Assembly (NCBI GenBank): GCA_964643955.1
Contig: CAZXUO010000005.1
Location: 95 to 64,094, forward strand
From: an uncultured Candidatus Saccharibacteria bacterium
Lineage (GTDB): Bacteria; Patescibacteriota; Minisyncoccia; Phycocordibacterales; UBA918
DNA length: 64,000 nt
Direction of reading: 5' to 3'
The position numbers and the translations under genes are program-made. The notes under the pieces were generated by a model. That model did no database searches. It had not been told where the DNA came from and worked only from the letters and a program-made list of their open reading frames with translations. The first letter of the stretch is position 1; each line of letters starts with the position of its first letter. Positions 1-8,487 of this stretch are shown here, in pieces.

Positions 1-7
1 TCCCGTC

Positions 8-1645
8 GTGCGGCAGCTCCTCTATGTACGCGGCGTGACGACAAAGGACGCTGCGCGCACCTTTGTGTCTCCGCAGTATGACGAGCTCCATGACCCATTT
101 CTATTGACGGACATGGAGCGTTCGGTCGAGCGCATTTTGTGCGCGCTTGCTGCACAGGAGCGTATCGTCATCTACAGCGACTATGATTGCGATGGCATTC
201 CGGGCGGCGTATTGCTGCATGATTTCTTCTCGAGTGTCGGCGCCAATTTCAAGAACTACATTCCACATCGCCACCACGAAGGGTACGGTCTCAATGTCGA
301 AGCGATCGAGAAGCTCGCTGAAGAAGGTGCGCAGCTTATCATTACGGTTGATTGTGGCATTACGGACGTAGCGCCTGCGGCGCGTGCACGAGAGCTTGGT
401 GTCGATCTCATCATCACGGATCATCACGAGGTCGGCATCGAACTTCCTGACGCATACGCAATTCTTAATCCAAAGCGAGATGATGCGTATCCTTTTAAAG
501 GCCTTTGTGGATCGGGCGTTGCGTGGAAGCTTGTACAGGCGCTTATTGCGCGCGGTGGTTTTGGATTGAAGGCAGGGTGGGAGAAGTGGTGGCTTGATGT
601 GGTCGGTATTGCAACGATTGCGGATATGGTGCCGCTCGTCGGGGAAAATAGGACACTCGCGCACTACGGACTCCAGGTGCTTCGCAAGACGCGCAGGCCC
701 GGACTCCAGCATCTCTTTCGCGCGATGCGGATGAAGCAAGAGTACATCACTGAAGATGATATTGGTTTTATGATCGGCCCGCGCATCAATGCGGCGTCGC
801 GCATGGATACGCCCGAAGATGCTTTTCATATGCTCGCGACGCGTGACGAGGAGGCTGCAGGTGGTCACGCGCGCCATCTCGAAAAGCTCAACAACGAACG
901 CAAAGGCGTCGTCGCGTCGATGGTAAAAGATATCAAGAAGCGTATGGACAACGTGATTGAGGTGCCGCCAGTGATTGTCATGGGGAATCCAGAGTGGCGA
1001 CCAGCGCTCGTAGGGCTTGCGGCAAATACACTTGTCGAGACCTTCAACCGGCCCGTGTTTCTCTGGGGTCGCGATGGCCGCGAGATTATCAAGGGCTCAT
1101 GCCGTTCAGATGGCTCAGTGAGCGTTGTCTCACTGATGCACGAAGTGAAGGAGGTGTTTATTGAGTATGGAGGCCACCATGCTTCGGGCGGTTTTTCGGT
1201 ACAGCAGCCAGCGATACATACGTTTGAGACGCGGCTCAATGAAGCATATGTCGCCGTACAAGATCGTGATCCTATCGCAAAAGAGCTCACGATCGACGCG
1301 GTGCTCAGTATGGAAGATATCTCAGCGCGGTTTGTGCGCGAGGTGAGCCAGCTCGCGCCTTTTGGCGAGGCGAATGCAAAACCACTCTTTGCATTTCGTC
1401 AGGTTGCTCCCACGCGTGTTGAACAGTTTGGAAAAGCGCGCGACCATACCAAGGTGCACTTTGAAACGTCGCAGGGCACGGTCGAAGCGATTGCGTTTTT
1501 TGCTGAGCCGGATACATTTTCAACTCCGCTTGTTGCGGGAGAAGCACGAACGATCATTGCGCACGCCGAGCAGTCGTTCTTTATGAATCGCATGACTACG
1601 CGCCTACGAATTGTCGACGTACTCCCCGCTGATGCGGAATTGTGA
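8..1645 (+). CDS. recJ: Single-stranded-DNA-specific exonuclease RecJ (DHH/DHHA1 family), 5' end probably truncated at the window edge
   Basis: The ORF runs open from the window start. It carries DHH motifs (SDYDCDGI, ITDHH) and RecJ-like overall similarity. Confidence 0.8.
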   Translation: MRQLLYVRGVTTKDAARTFVSPQYDELHDPFLLTDMERSVERILCALAAQERIVIYSDYDCDGIPGGVLLHDFFSSVGANFKNYIPHRHHEGYGLNVEAIEKLAEEGAQLIITVDCGITDVAPAARARELGVDLIITDHHEVGIELPDAYAILNPKRDDAYPFKGLCGSGVAWKLVQALIARGGFGLKAGWEKWWLDVVGIATIADMVPLVGENRTLAHYGLQVLRKTRRPGLQHLFRAMRMKQEYITEDDIGFMIGPRINAASRMDTPEDAFHMLATRDEEAAGGHARHLEKLNNERKGVVASMVKDIKKRMDNVIEVPPVIVMGNPEWRPALVGLAANTLVETFNRPVFLWGRDGREIIKGSCRSDGSVSVVSLMHEVKEVFIEYGGHHASGGFSVQQPAIHTFETRLNEAYVAVQDRDPIAKELTIDAVLSMEDISARFVREVSQLAPFGEANAKPLFAFRQVAPTRVEQFGKARDHTKVHFETSQGTVEAIAFFAEPDTFSTPLVAGEARTIIAHAEQSFFMNRMTTRLRIVDVLPADAEL

Positions 1646-1657
1646 TAGTGTAACGGC

Positions 1658-2089
1658 ATGAAAGACACTCCCGACGTCATTTGTTATACCGATGGTGGAG
1701 CGCGTGGTAACCCGGGGCCAGCGGGCGCGGGTGCGTACATCACGAAAGGGAATGGAGACGTCATCGACGAGGTCTCGCTTTTTTTGGGGAATGGCACCAA
1801 CAACTACGCTGAATACGCAGCGGTCATTCTCGCGCTCCATACTGTGAAGAAACATTTTGGTGCAAAGACAAAGACGCTCCACGTAGAGATTCGCATGGAT
1901 AGTGAACTCATCCAGCGACAGCTCTCATACAAGTATCAAATAAAGGAGCCATCATTGGTTCCGCAATTTCTTGAGATACACAACATGCGGGTAAAAGATT
2001 TTCCGCACATTTCGTTTGTGCACGTACGTCGCGAACAAAACAAAGACGCAGATCGGCTCGCAAACGAAGCGATGGACCGCAAGTCGTAG
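1658..2089 (+). CDS. rnhA: Ribonuclease HI
   Basis: Shows the typical RNase H N-terminus (VICYTDGGARGNPGPAGAGAYI) and a C-terminal REQN..AD..A motif. Length is about 143 aa. Confidence 0.85.
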   Translation: MKDTPDVICYTDGGARGNPGPAGAGAYITKGNGDVIDEVSLFLGNGTNNYAEYAAVILALHTVKKHFGAKTKTLHVEIRMDSELIQRQLSYKYQIKEPSLVPQFLEIHNMRVKDFPHISFVHVRREQNKDADRLANEAMDRKS

Positions 2090-2092
2090 ACT

Positions 2093-3613
2093 ATGCCGAC
2101 GCGCGCACTCTACATCATTGCGCTCGCGTTCAGTACAGGGATTTTCATTCGCACATTCGTTATCATCCCTGAGTTTTTTGTGTACGGGCTTGTACTTGTC
2201 GGGGGAGTACTGATGGTCGTCTGGTTGCGGAAAGGAAAAGGGCGCGAGACTTCGTCTCGCGCCCTTTTCCTTTCACTTACACTCATCACACTCGCGTTCG
2301 GAATCCTTCGATACGACATCTCGACACGCAATGACTTTAATCCGCGCGTTGAGCAGTACCTTGATGAAGAGATTGTGCTCGAAGGAGTCATTATTCGCGA
2401 AGTCGATGAGCGCGAAAATACATCCCAGCTCACCGTCCGCGCCGATGTGCTCGACGGAGCATCGAGCGAAGTGCGTGTACTCGTACTCACGGAGCGCTTT
2501 CCCGAGTTTAGATACGGTGATCGGATTCGTGTAGTAGGGACACTCGAACATCCTGATTCATTTGAGACAGACCTTGATCGCACCTTTGATTACGCGGGGT
2601 ATCTTTCTGCGCGCGGTATCGCGTACATCATGCCATTTGCGACGGTCGAAAGAATAGGACAGGGAAATGGAAATCCGGTGATGGCGGCACTCCTTTCGGT
2701 GAAGTATGCATTCATGGAAAATATTGAAATATCGATACCTGAGCCGTACGCAGGGCTCGCACACGGTCTCGTACTCGGCGTGAAGCGCGCGCTCGGCGAA
2801 GATCTCGAGCGCGCATTTCGTACTGCAGGCATCATTCATATCGTAGTGCTCTCAGGGTACAACATCACGATTGTGGTCGAAGCGACCATGCGCCTCCTTT
2901 CATATTTCTTTCGACCGCGCACGCGCGTTATCTTCGGTGCACTCGCTATCGTCGCATTTGCGCTCATTGCAGGATTTTCTTCTACCGTCATACGCGCGTC
3001 ATTCATGGCTGTGCTCGTACTTGTCGCGCGCGCCACAGGGCGCACGTATGAAGTACTTCGCGCGCTCATGCTTGCGGGTCTTGTGATGCTCATCATCAAT
3101 CCAAAGCTCCTCGTCTTCGATCCCGGGTTTCAGCTCTCATTTCTTGCGACGCTCGGCCTCATTTTGCTTGCGCCACTGATTGAGGAGCGTCTCTCGCTCG
3201 TGCCGACACGCTTTCAGATTAGAGAGTTCATCACTGCGACTGTCGCAACACAGATTTTTGTATTGCCACTCCTTTTGTATTCCATCGGAGAATTCTCACT
3301 CGTCGCAGTATTGGTGAATGTTCTTGTGCTACCAGTCGTGCCGTTTGCGATGCTGCTCATCTTTCTTTCGGGCATGATTGGGTTTGTGAGCACGACGCTC
3401 GCAGTTCCATTTGCATATTTTGCATACTTACTCCTTGGGTACATCATCGCGATGGCGGAGTGGTTTGCATCGCTCCCATTCGCGGCGCTCATCGTACCGG
3501 CGTTTCCATTTTGGATAACAATAATCGCGTATGCCGTGATGGCATACGCGATGTATCGTTTTTCAAAAACAAAAATTAGTTCTGAAATCGCTTCTCAACT
3601 ACGCTCCAATTGA
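2093..3613 (+). CDS. comEC: ComEC/Rec2-family competence protein, membrane channel portion only (no C-terminal MBL domain)
   Basis: A 506-aa polytopic membrane protein with the ComEC-like N-terminal DUF4131 / competence-domain architecture. It stops before any metallo-beta-lactamase domain. Confidence 0.65.
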   Translation: MPTRALYIIALAFSTGIFIRTFVIIPEFFVYGLVLVGGVLMVVWLRKGKGRETSSRALFLSLTLITLAFGILRYDISTRNDFNPRVEQYLDEEIVLEGVIIREVDERENTSQLTVRADVLDGASSEVRVLVLTERFPEFRYGDRIRVVGTLEHPDSFETDLDRTFDYAGYLSARGIAYIMPFATVERIGQGNGNPVMAALLSVKYAFMENIEISIPEPYAGLAHGLVLGVKRALGEDLERAFRTAGIIHIVVLSGYNITIVVEATMRLLSYFFRPRTRVIFGALAIVAFALIAGFSSTVIRASFMAVLVLVARATGRTYEVLRALMLAGLVMLIINPKLLVFDPGFQLSFLATLGLILLAPLIEERLSLVPTRFQIREFITATVATQIFVLPLLLYSIGEFSLVAVLVNVLVLPVVPFAMLLIFLSGMIGFVSTTLAVPFAYFAYLLLGYIIAMAEWFASLPFAALIVPAFPFWITIIAYAVMAYAMYRFSKTKISSEIASQLRSN

Positions 3614-4166
3614 GATTTTTAAAGAAGCTCTCGATGTAGTTTTTCTTTTCGCTTGGAAGGTAGTCCACCATAAATGCGTGTTCCCACATGTCGAGTGCGA
3701 GGATGATGGGGAGGCCTGAGAGCTGTCCGAGCTCATGATCGGCAACCCATGCGGTGTGGAGTGTCTTTCCTTCAGGATCGTGATAGAGGACCGTCCAGCC
3801 GATGCCGCGTGTCATCGCGACTGATTTAAGGTGTGCGATGAAGTTCTCCCATGAACCATATTTCTCGACTGCGGCAGCTGCGAGTGCACTTCCTTCATCA
3901 GCGGCGCGTGCGCCACCTTCAAATTGCGAGAAATAGTACTCGTGCATCCGCATGCCATCAAATTCAAATCCGAGACGGCGGCGCACCTCCATGATCGCGT
4001 ACGCATATTTTTCCTTATCGAGCGTCTCAAGCTCTTTGATCTGTTCACGAAGTACATTCGTGTGCTTTACATAGCCTTCGTAGAGAGCGAGGTGTGCTGC
4101 GATTTGCTCCTTTGAGATTCCCTCAAGCTCAGGCAACTCAAACGTCCGCGCGGTATAGGTGTGCAT
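3576..4166 (-). CDS. sodA: Fe/Mn superoxide dismutase
   Basis: Carries Fe/Mn-SOD signature residues (AAHLALYEGY, DMWEHAF.VDY). It is 196 aa and converges with comEC. Confidence 0.9.
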   Translation of the reverse strand: MHTYTARTFELPELEGISKEQIAAHLALYEGYVKHTNVLREQIKELETLDKEKYAYAIMEVRRRLGFEFDGMRMHEYYFSQFEGGARAADEGSALAAAAVEKYGSWENFIAHLKSVAMTRGIGWTVLYHDPEGKTLHTAWVADHELGQLSGLPIILALDMWEHAFMVDYLPSEKKNYIESFFKNLNWSVVEKRFQN

Positions 4167-4293
4167 ATATTAAATCTTAAAGAAAATAATGTACGCGCAT
4201 TCTAGCATACTGTGTATTTACGTAGGTACTTGCAGAAAAATTGGTGCGTGGGAGGATGGGGAAAGACGTACACTTCAAATCCAGAAGGGGGAA

Positions 4294-5148
4294 ATGATGG
4301 CAAATACAGTAACGAACGAGGATCCATGGTGGAGTGATATCCATTATGGGTGGGTGTCATGGTTTGCATGCGTGCACACCATCGGTATCATCGGCGTGTG
4401 GTATACGTTCGCGCACGCCAGTGTCGCAACGATCTTCTTTGCGATCGCGTACTTCTTTCTCTGTCACCTCGCGATTGCGTGTGGGGCGCATCGGTTGTAT
4501 TCACATCGTGCGTACCATGCGACAGCGCCGCTTCAGTATGTGCTCCTCCTCTTTTTTTCCGGCACCATGCAGGGGCCGGTGATCTGGTGGGTGGGGAAGC
4601 ACCGCAAGCACCACCGATTCACGGATAGCGTGAATGATCCGCATAGTCCGTGCGCGCATACCTTTTTCTTCGGACACATGGGGTGGATGTGCACGAAGGC
4701 AGGTATCGAGAAGGTCGAAGACTCGTACATGCGTATCGGCAAAGCAGAGATGCGGCCGGTATTGTGGCAGTATCGCCACTATTGGGTCCTGGCGGTCGCG
4801 ATGGGGCTCGTCGTTCCCTCGGTGGTGCCGATCTTCTGGGGCGACATACTCGGCGGCGTACTTGTCGCCGGGTTTGCGCGACTCATGGCGCAATACCATC
4901 TCACGTGGGTGGTCAACTCACTCGGGCACACGTGGGGCGCACGAGTGGAAGGCGGCGGCACGGCGACCAACGTTCCGCTGCTAGGTCTTGTCACGGTCGG
5001 TGAGTCGTATCACGCAAACCATCATGCTGACGAGATTGATTGGCGGCTCGGTCGTCGCTGGTACGATCTCGATCCGGGGAAGTGGGTGATCGCGTTCTTC
5101 ATGTGGGTCGGCCTTGCTACCCCGCGACAACGTGGAAGCAATACATAG
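4294..5148 (+). CDS. Membrane acyl-CoA / acyl-lipid desaturase (stearoyl-CoA desaturase-like, three histidine boxes)
   Basis: Contains the His boxes HRLYSH, HRKHH and HANHH with four predicted TM helices. The start was chosen at the ATG preceded by GAAGGGGGAA. Confidence 0.75.
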   Translation: MMANTVTNEDPWWSDIHYGWVSWFACVHTIGIIGVWYTFAHASVATIFFAIAYFFLCHLAIACGAHRLYSHRAYHATAPLQYVLLLFFSGTMQGPVIWWVGKHRKHHRFTDSVNDPHSPCAHTFFFGHMGWMCTKAGIEKVEDSYMRIGKAEMRPVLWQYRHYWVLAVAMGLVVPSVVPIFWGDILGGVLVAGFARLMAQYHLTWVVNSLGHTWGARVEGGGTATNVPLLGLVTVGESYHANHHADEIDWRLGRRWYDLDPGKWVIAFFMWVGLATPRQRGSNT

Positions 5149-5160
5149 CAGGGGAGACTA

Positions 5161-5190
5161 GGGCGGGCTTTCGAGCCCGCCTCTTTTTTA
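5161..5190 (+). terminator. Intrinsic terminator after the desaturase gene (UUCG-loop hairpin plus U tract)
   Basis: The sequence gggcgggctTTCGagcccgcc is followed by tctttttt. Confidence 0.7.
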
Positions 5191-5232
5191 TGTTGCCCGC
5201 GCGCCGTAGGCGCGCGGGCATATACTTACTGT

Positions 5233-6114
5233 ATGGAGCCTCGCGAGAAAGTAGTACGCATCCGACTCATACTTTTTCTTGTGCTCGTGTGCGGAGTGAT
5301 TGGTGTGTATGTATTTATGTGGGGAAGTGGCGGCGCGGCCATAAATGACCGCGCCGACAAACTCTCGGTGACTTTTCTCGATGTCGGCCAAGGCGATGCT
5401 ATTTTTATCGAATCACCAACCGGCGTACAGGTGCTCATCGACGGTGGACCAAATGCATCGGTGCTCCGCGCACTCTCGGAAGAGATGGGATTTTTTGATC
5501 GTTCGATTGATATTGTGATTGCAACACACGCAGACAAAGATCATATCGGCGGACTCATTGATGTGCTCGCGCGGTACGACGTCTCAGAGATTGTGATGAC
5601 GGAGAATAGGAGTGCGACCAATGCCGATAATGCATTTATTGAATATGTAGAACGTGAGGGTGCTGAAGTGGTGATTGCTCGGCGCGGACTTGCGTATGAG
5701 CTCGGCGATGGCGCGCTCCTCACGGTGCTTTTTCCCGACCGTGACCCGTCATTTCTCGAAACCAACACCGCATCGATCGTCGCGCGCCTCACCTACGGCA
5801 CCTCCGAATTTCTTTTCACGGGTGATTCACCGATTGCGATTGAAGAACATCTCGTCGCATCCGGCATCATGCTCGAGAGCGATGTACTGAAGGTTGGGCA
5901 TCATGGCTCGCGTACCTCAACAAGTGAACATTTCATCCAGTCAGTCCGTCCGCAATACGCAATCATCTCCGCAGGGAAGGACAACAGCTACGGCCACCCA
6001 CACCGCGAGGTGATGAATACACTCGAGCGTGCTGGCGTTATTTTAAAAAATACTGCCGAGGAAGGCAGTATCACGTTTACGTCAGATGGGACAACGGTTC
6101 ATCTTGAAGATTGA
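5233..6114 (+). CDS. Membrane-anchored metallo-beta-lactamase-fold protein resembling the C-terminal domain of ComEC
   Basis: An N-terminal TM helix is followed by the MBL motifs FLDVGQGDAIF and HADKDHIGG, then GHHGS, in the order seen in ComEC C-termini. Confidence 0.6.
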   Translation: MEPREKVVRIRLILFLVLVCGVIGVYVFMWGSGGAAINDRADKLSVTFLDVGQGDAIFIESPTGVQVLIDGGPNASVLRALSEEMGFFDRSIDIVIATHADKDHIGGLIDVLARYDVSEIVMTENRSATNADNAFIEYVEREGAEVVIARRGLAYELGDGALLTVLFPDRDPSFLETNTASIVARLTYGTSEFLFTGDSPIAIEEHLVASGIMLESDVLKVGHHGSRTSTSEHFIQSVRPQYAIISAGKDNSYGHPHREVMNTLERAGVILKNTAEEGSITFTSDGTTVHLED

Positions 6115-6176
6115 GTTGCGCCATTTAGGTATGTTTGCTTGAATGCTCAGCAGAACTTGTAAAGAAAGGGTGTGTC

Positions 6177-6359
6177 ATGGCAAAAGACGATGGTCTCACT
6201 GCGAGACAGCAAACCTCCGCACCTGTCTGCGGAGGGCTGCTCCGCAGGGACACTAACGATCTCGGCGAAACACGTCTCGAGTACACCGGTCCGGATTTCA
6301 GGCTCGCACGCGCAATCGCCGACGGCTACATCCTGCTCCACGGCTTTGCCTCGAGGTGA
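6177..6359 (+). CDS. Hypothetical small protein (60 aa)
   Basis: An ATG preceded by AAAGGGTG opens the frame. It lies in a GC-rich stretch and has no recognisable domain. Confidence 0.25.
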   Translation: MAKDDGLTARQQTSAPVCGGLLRRDTNDLGETRLEYTGPDFRLARAIADGYILLHGFASR

Positions 6360-6371
6360 ATCCTTTCATGT

Positions 6372-6429
6372 TTCGTCGGCGCACTTCGGTGCGCCGACGA
6401 AAAACCCGCCAACACTGGCGGGTTTTTTC
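6372..6429. terminator. Tandem-hairpin bidirectional terminator (serves the upstream plus-strand genes and rpmB on the minus strand)
   Basis: A 13-bp UUCG-loop stem (ttcgtcggcgcacTTCGgtgcgccgacgaa) is followed by cccgcca-acact-ggcggg, and the pair is flanked by A and T tracts. Confidence 0.75.
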
Positions 6430-6447
6430 TATTTCCATTCTTCCTCC

Positions 6448-6690
6448 TTAGATAACCTTCGCTTCTTTGAGTGTCTTGTATGCGCCGTTCTTTGCGATAG
6501 TGCGAATGGCCTTTGTTGAAAGGGTGACGATCACGGTCTTGCCGAGCTCCGGTACGAAGATGCGCTTCTTCTGGAGGTTTGCCTGGCGGCGTACTTTTCC
6601 GCACGGGTTAAACTGCGTCGCACGTGTGCGGTTTGAGTAGCGACCCCCAATCTGGGTCTTCTTTCCGGTTACTTCACATTGCTTTGCCAT
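6448..6690 (-). CDS. rpmB: 50S ribosomal protein L28
   Basis: The N-terminus MAKQCEVTGKK matches L28. Length is about 80 aa. Confidence 0.8.
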   Translation of the reverse strand: MAKQCEVTGKKTQIGGRYSNRTRATQFNPCGKVRRQANLQKKRIFVPELGKTVIVTLSTKAIRTIAKNGAYKTLKEAKVI

Positions 6691-6782
6691 ACGTTGTAGT
6701 GGGGCCATAGTACCATACTGTTTATATATCGCAAGACGGCTGCACTAGGGCTTTTTCTCATCTTTTAGTACCATACTTATAT

Positions 6783-7427
6783 ATGGAACTCGGATTCATC
6801 TTCATCATCGCCGCACTCATTATCTCTATCGTCATCCATGAGGCTTCACACGGCTATATGGCCAATTGGCTCGGCGATCCGACGGCGCGCCTCGCGGGAC
6901 GGCTTACGCTCAATCCCATCCCGCACATCGATCCTTTGGGCTCAGTCATCATCCCCGGCCTTTTGTACCTCACGGGCGCCGGTATCCTCTTCGGCTACGC
7001 AAAGCCGGTTCCGTACAATCCGTACAACCTCCGCAATCAGCGATGGGGCGAGGCGCTCGTTGCGGCCGCAGGTCCCGGGGTCAATATCCTGATCGCGGTC
7101 GTCTTCGGGCTCATCGTCCGCTTCGGCGATCTCTTTACGCTCGACGCCGCCTTTCTTTTTATCGCAGGATACATTGTCTATATCAATATCCTCCTGGCCT
7201 GCTTCAACCTCATCCCTGTGCCGCCACTCGATGGTTCAAAGATCCTCGCTGCCTTCTTGCCGCTCCGCGCGCGGATGCGTTTTGAGGAGATCGGCCGTCA
7301 GATCGAGCAGTACGGTCTCATTGCCACCGTCGTCTTTATCTTCATCTTTATTAATTTCCTCTGGGCGCCCTTTAGTCAGGTGGTCAACGGGGTGTTCATG
7401 CTCCTTACGGGCACGAGCTTCTTCTAG
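6783..7427 (+). CDS. Site-2 protease family zinc metalloprotease (peptidase M50-like)
   Basis: The HEASH zinc motif sits in TM1. The protein is polytopic and carries a conserved LNPIPHIDPLG motif. Confidence 0.7.
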   Translation: MELGFIFIIAALIISIVIHEASHGYMANWLGDPTARLAGRLTLNPIPHIDPLGSVIIPGLLYLTGAGILFGYAKPVPYNPYNLRNQRWGEALVAAAGPGVNILIAVVFGLIVRFGDLFTLDAAFLFIAGYIVYINILLACFNLIPVPPLDGSKILAAFLPLRARMRFEEIGRQIEQYGLIATVVFIFIFINFLWAPFSQVVNGVFMLLTGTSFF

Positions 7428-7452
7428 AATGAGCCCCACGCGCCGCCTCCGC

Positions 7453-7481
7453 TTGCAAATCTTGGCGGGAAATAGTACAGT
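7453..7481 (+). promoter_or_regulatory. Putative sigma70-type promoter for rpsL-rpsG (TTGCAA-17-TACAGT)
   Basis: The hexamers and the 17-bp spacing were read directly from the sequence upstream of rpsL. Confidence 0.4.
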
Positions 7482-7536
7482 AGCCACACCGTAATTGCGC
7501 GGTTTTTCTTTTGGGCGAAGGCCCGAAATACCACAC

Positions 7537-7947
7537 ATGGCAACCATCAACCAACTCACGAAGAAGCGACGCCGAAATCCCGTCTCAAAGACGAAGACCG
7601 GTGCGCTTTCGTCGGGTCTCAACTCGGTTAAGAATCGCGCAAATTATTACAACTCTCCCTTCAAGCGCGGCGTCTGCACACGCGTAACGACAAAGACTCC
7701 CCGCAAGCCAAACTCAGCTATTCGAAAGATCGCCCGCGTGCGCCTTTCAAATGGTCAGGAAATCACCGCGTACATCCCGGGTGAGGGACACACACTCCAG
7801 GAGCACTCAGTGGTGCTCGTTCGCGGCGGTAAGGTGAAGGACATCGGCGTACAGTACACGGTGGTGCGTGGTAAGTACGACGCAACGGCAGTCGACAAGC
7901 GTACTCGTGGCCGCTCACGCTTTGGTGTTAAGAAGCCAAAGAAGTAG
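7537..7947 (+). CDS. rpsL: 30S ribosomal protein S12
   Basis: The N-terminus MATINQL and overall S12 similarity identify it. Confidence 0.95.
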   Translation: MATINQLTKKRRRNPVSKTKTGALSSGLNSVKNRANYYNSPFKRGVCTRVTTKTPRKPNSAIRKIARVRLSNGQEITAYIPGEGHTLQEHSVVLVRGGKVKDIGVQYTVVRGKYDATAVDKRTRGRSRFGVKKPKK

Positions 7948-7961
7948 TTTGAATATATTTT

Positions 7962-8435
7962 ATGCGACGACCTATTAAACGACGACCAGCGATCGAAGCA
8001 GAAGCACGCTTCAATTCTGTGCAGGCAGCTCGCCTCATCAACTATGTGATGGAACGCGGACAGAAGGAGACTGCGCGCAAGATCGTGTATGGTGCTTTTG
8101 AAGAAATTAAGAACGCAAAGGAAGGTGGTGGCGATCCGATCGAGCTCCTCGAGACCGCGATCCGCAACGCCGGTCCGCAGATGGAAGTTCGCTCACGTCG
8201 CGTCGGTGGTGCCAACTATCAGGTTCCCCGCGAAGTACGTCCCGAGCGCCGTCTCGCACTCGCACTCCGCTGGATCATCATGGCGGCCCGCGCACAGAAG
8301 GGCATCCCGATGTCAAAAGCGCTCGCAGCCGAACTCATGGCCGCAGCGCGAGAGGAAGGATCAGCGGTGAAGAAGAAGGAAGACACGCACCGCATGGCAG
8401 AAGCCAACCGTGCATTCGCACACTTTGCTTGGTAA
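7962..8435 (+). CDS. rpsG: 30S ribosomal protein S7
   Basis: Similar to S7 over 157 aa and located immediately after rpsL. Confidence 0.95.
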   Translation: MRRPIKRRPAIEAEARFNSVQAARLINYVMERGQKETARKIVYGAFEEIKNAKEGGGDPIELLETAIRNAGPQMEVRSRRVGGANYQVPREVRPERRLALALRWIIMAARAQKGIPMSKALAAELMAAAREEGSAVKKKEDTHRMAEANRAFAHFAW

Positions 8436-8466
8436 CAAAAAGCGCTCCCTTTAGGGAGCGCTTTTT
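8436..8466 (+). terminator. Intrinsic terminator after rpsG
   Basis: The hairpin aaaaagcgctccc-ttta-gggagcgc is followed by tttttg. Confidence 0.8.
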
Positions 8467-8487
8467 GTTACTCCGTAAAACATTTTT

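Noticed and set aside
101-877. 258-aa antisense ORF inside recJ
   Set aside because: It lies entirely within and opposite to a well-supported RecJ coding region. It is Arg-rich and has no start signal.
6177-6360. Possible SRP (4.5S) RNA
   Set aside because: Fragments resembling GGUCCGGA and GGAUGUAGC are present, but they are in the wrong relative order and orientation for helix 8, and the conserved GGAAGCAGCC motif is not recovered.
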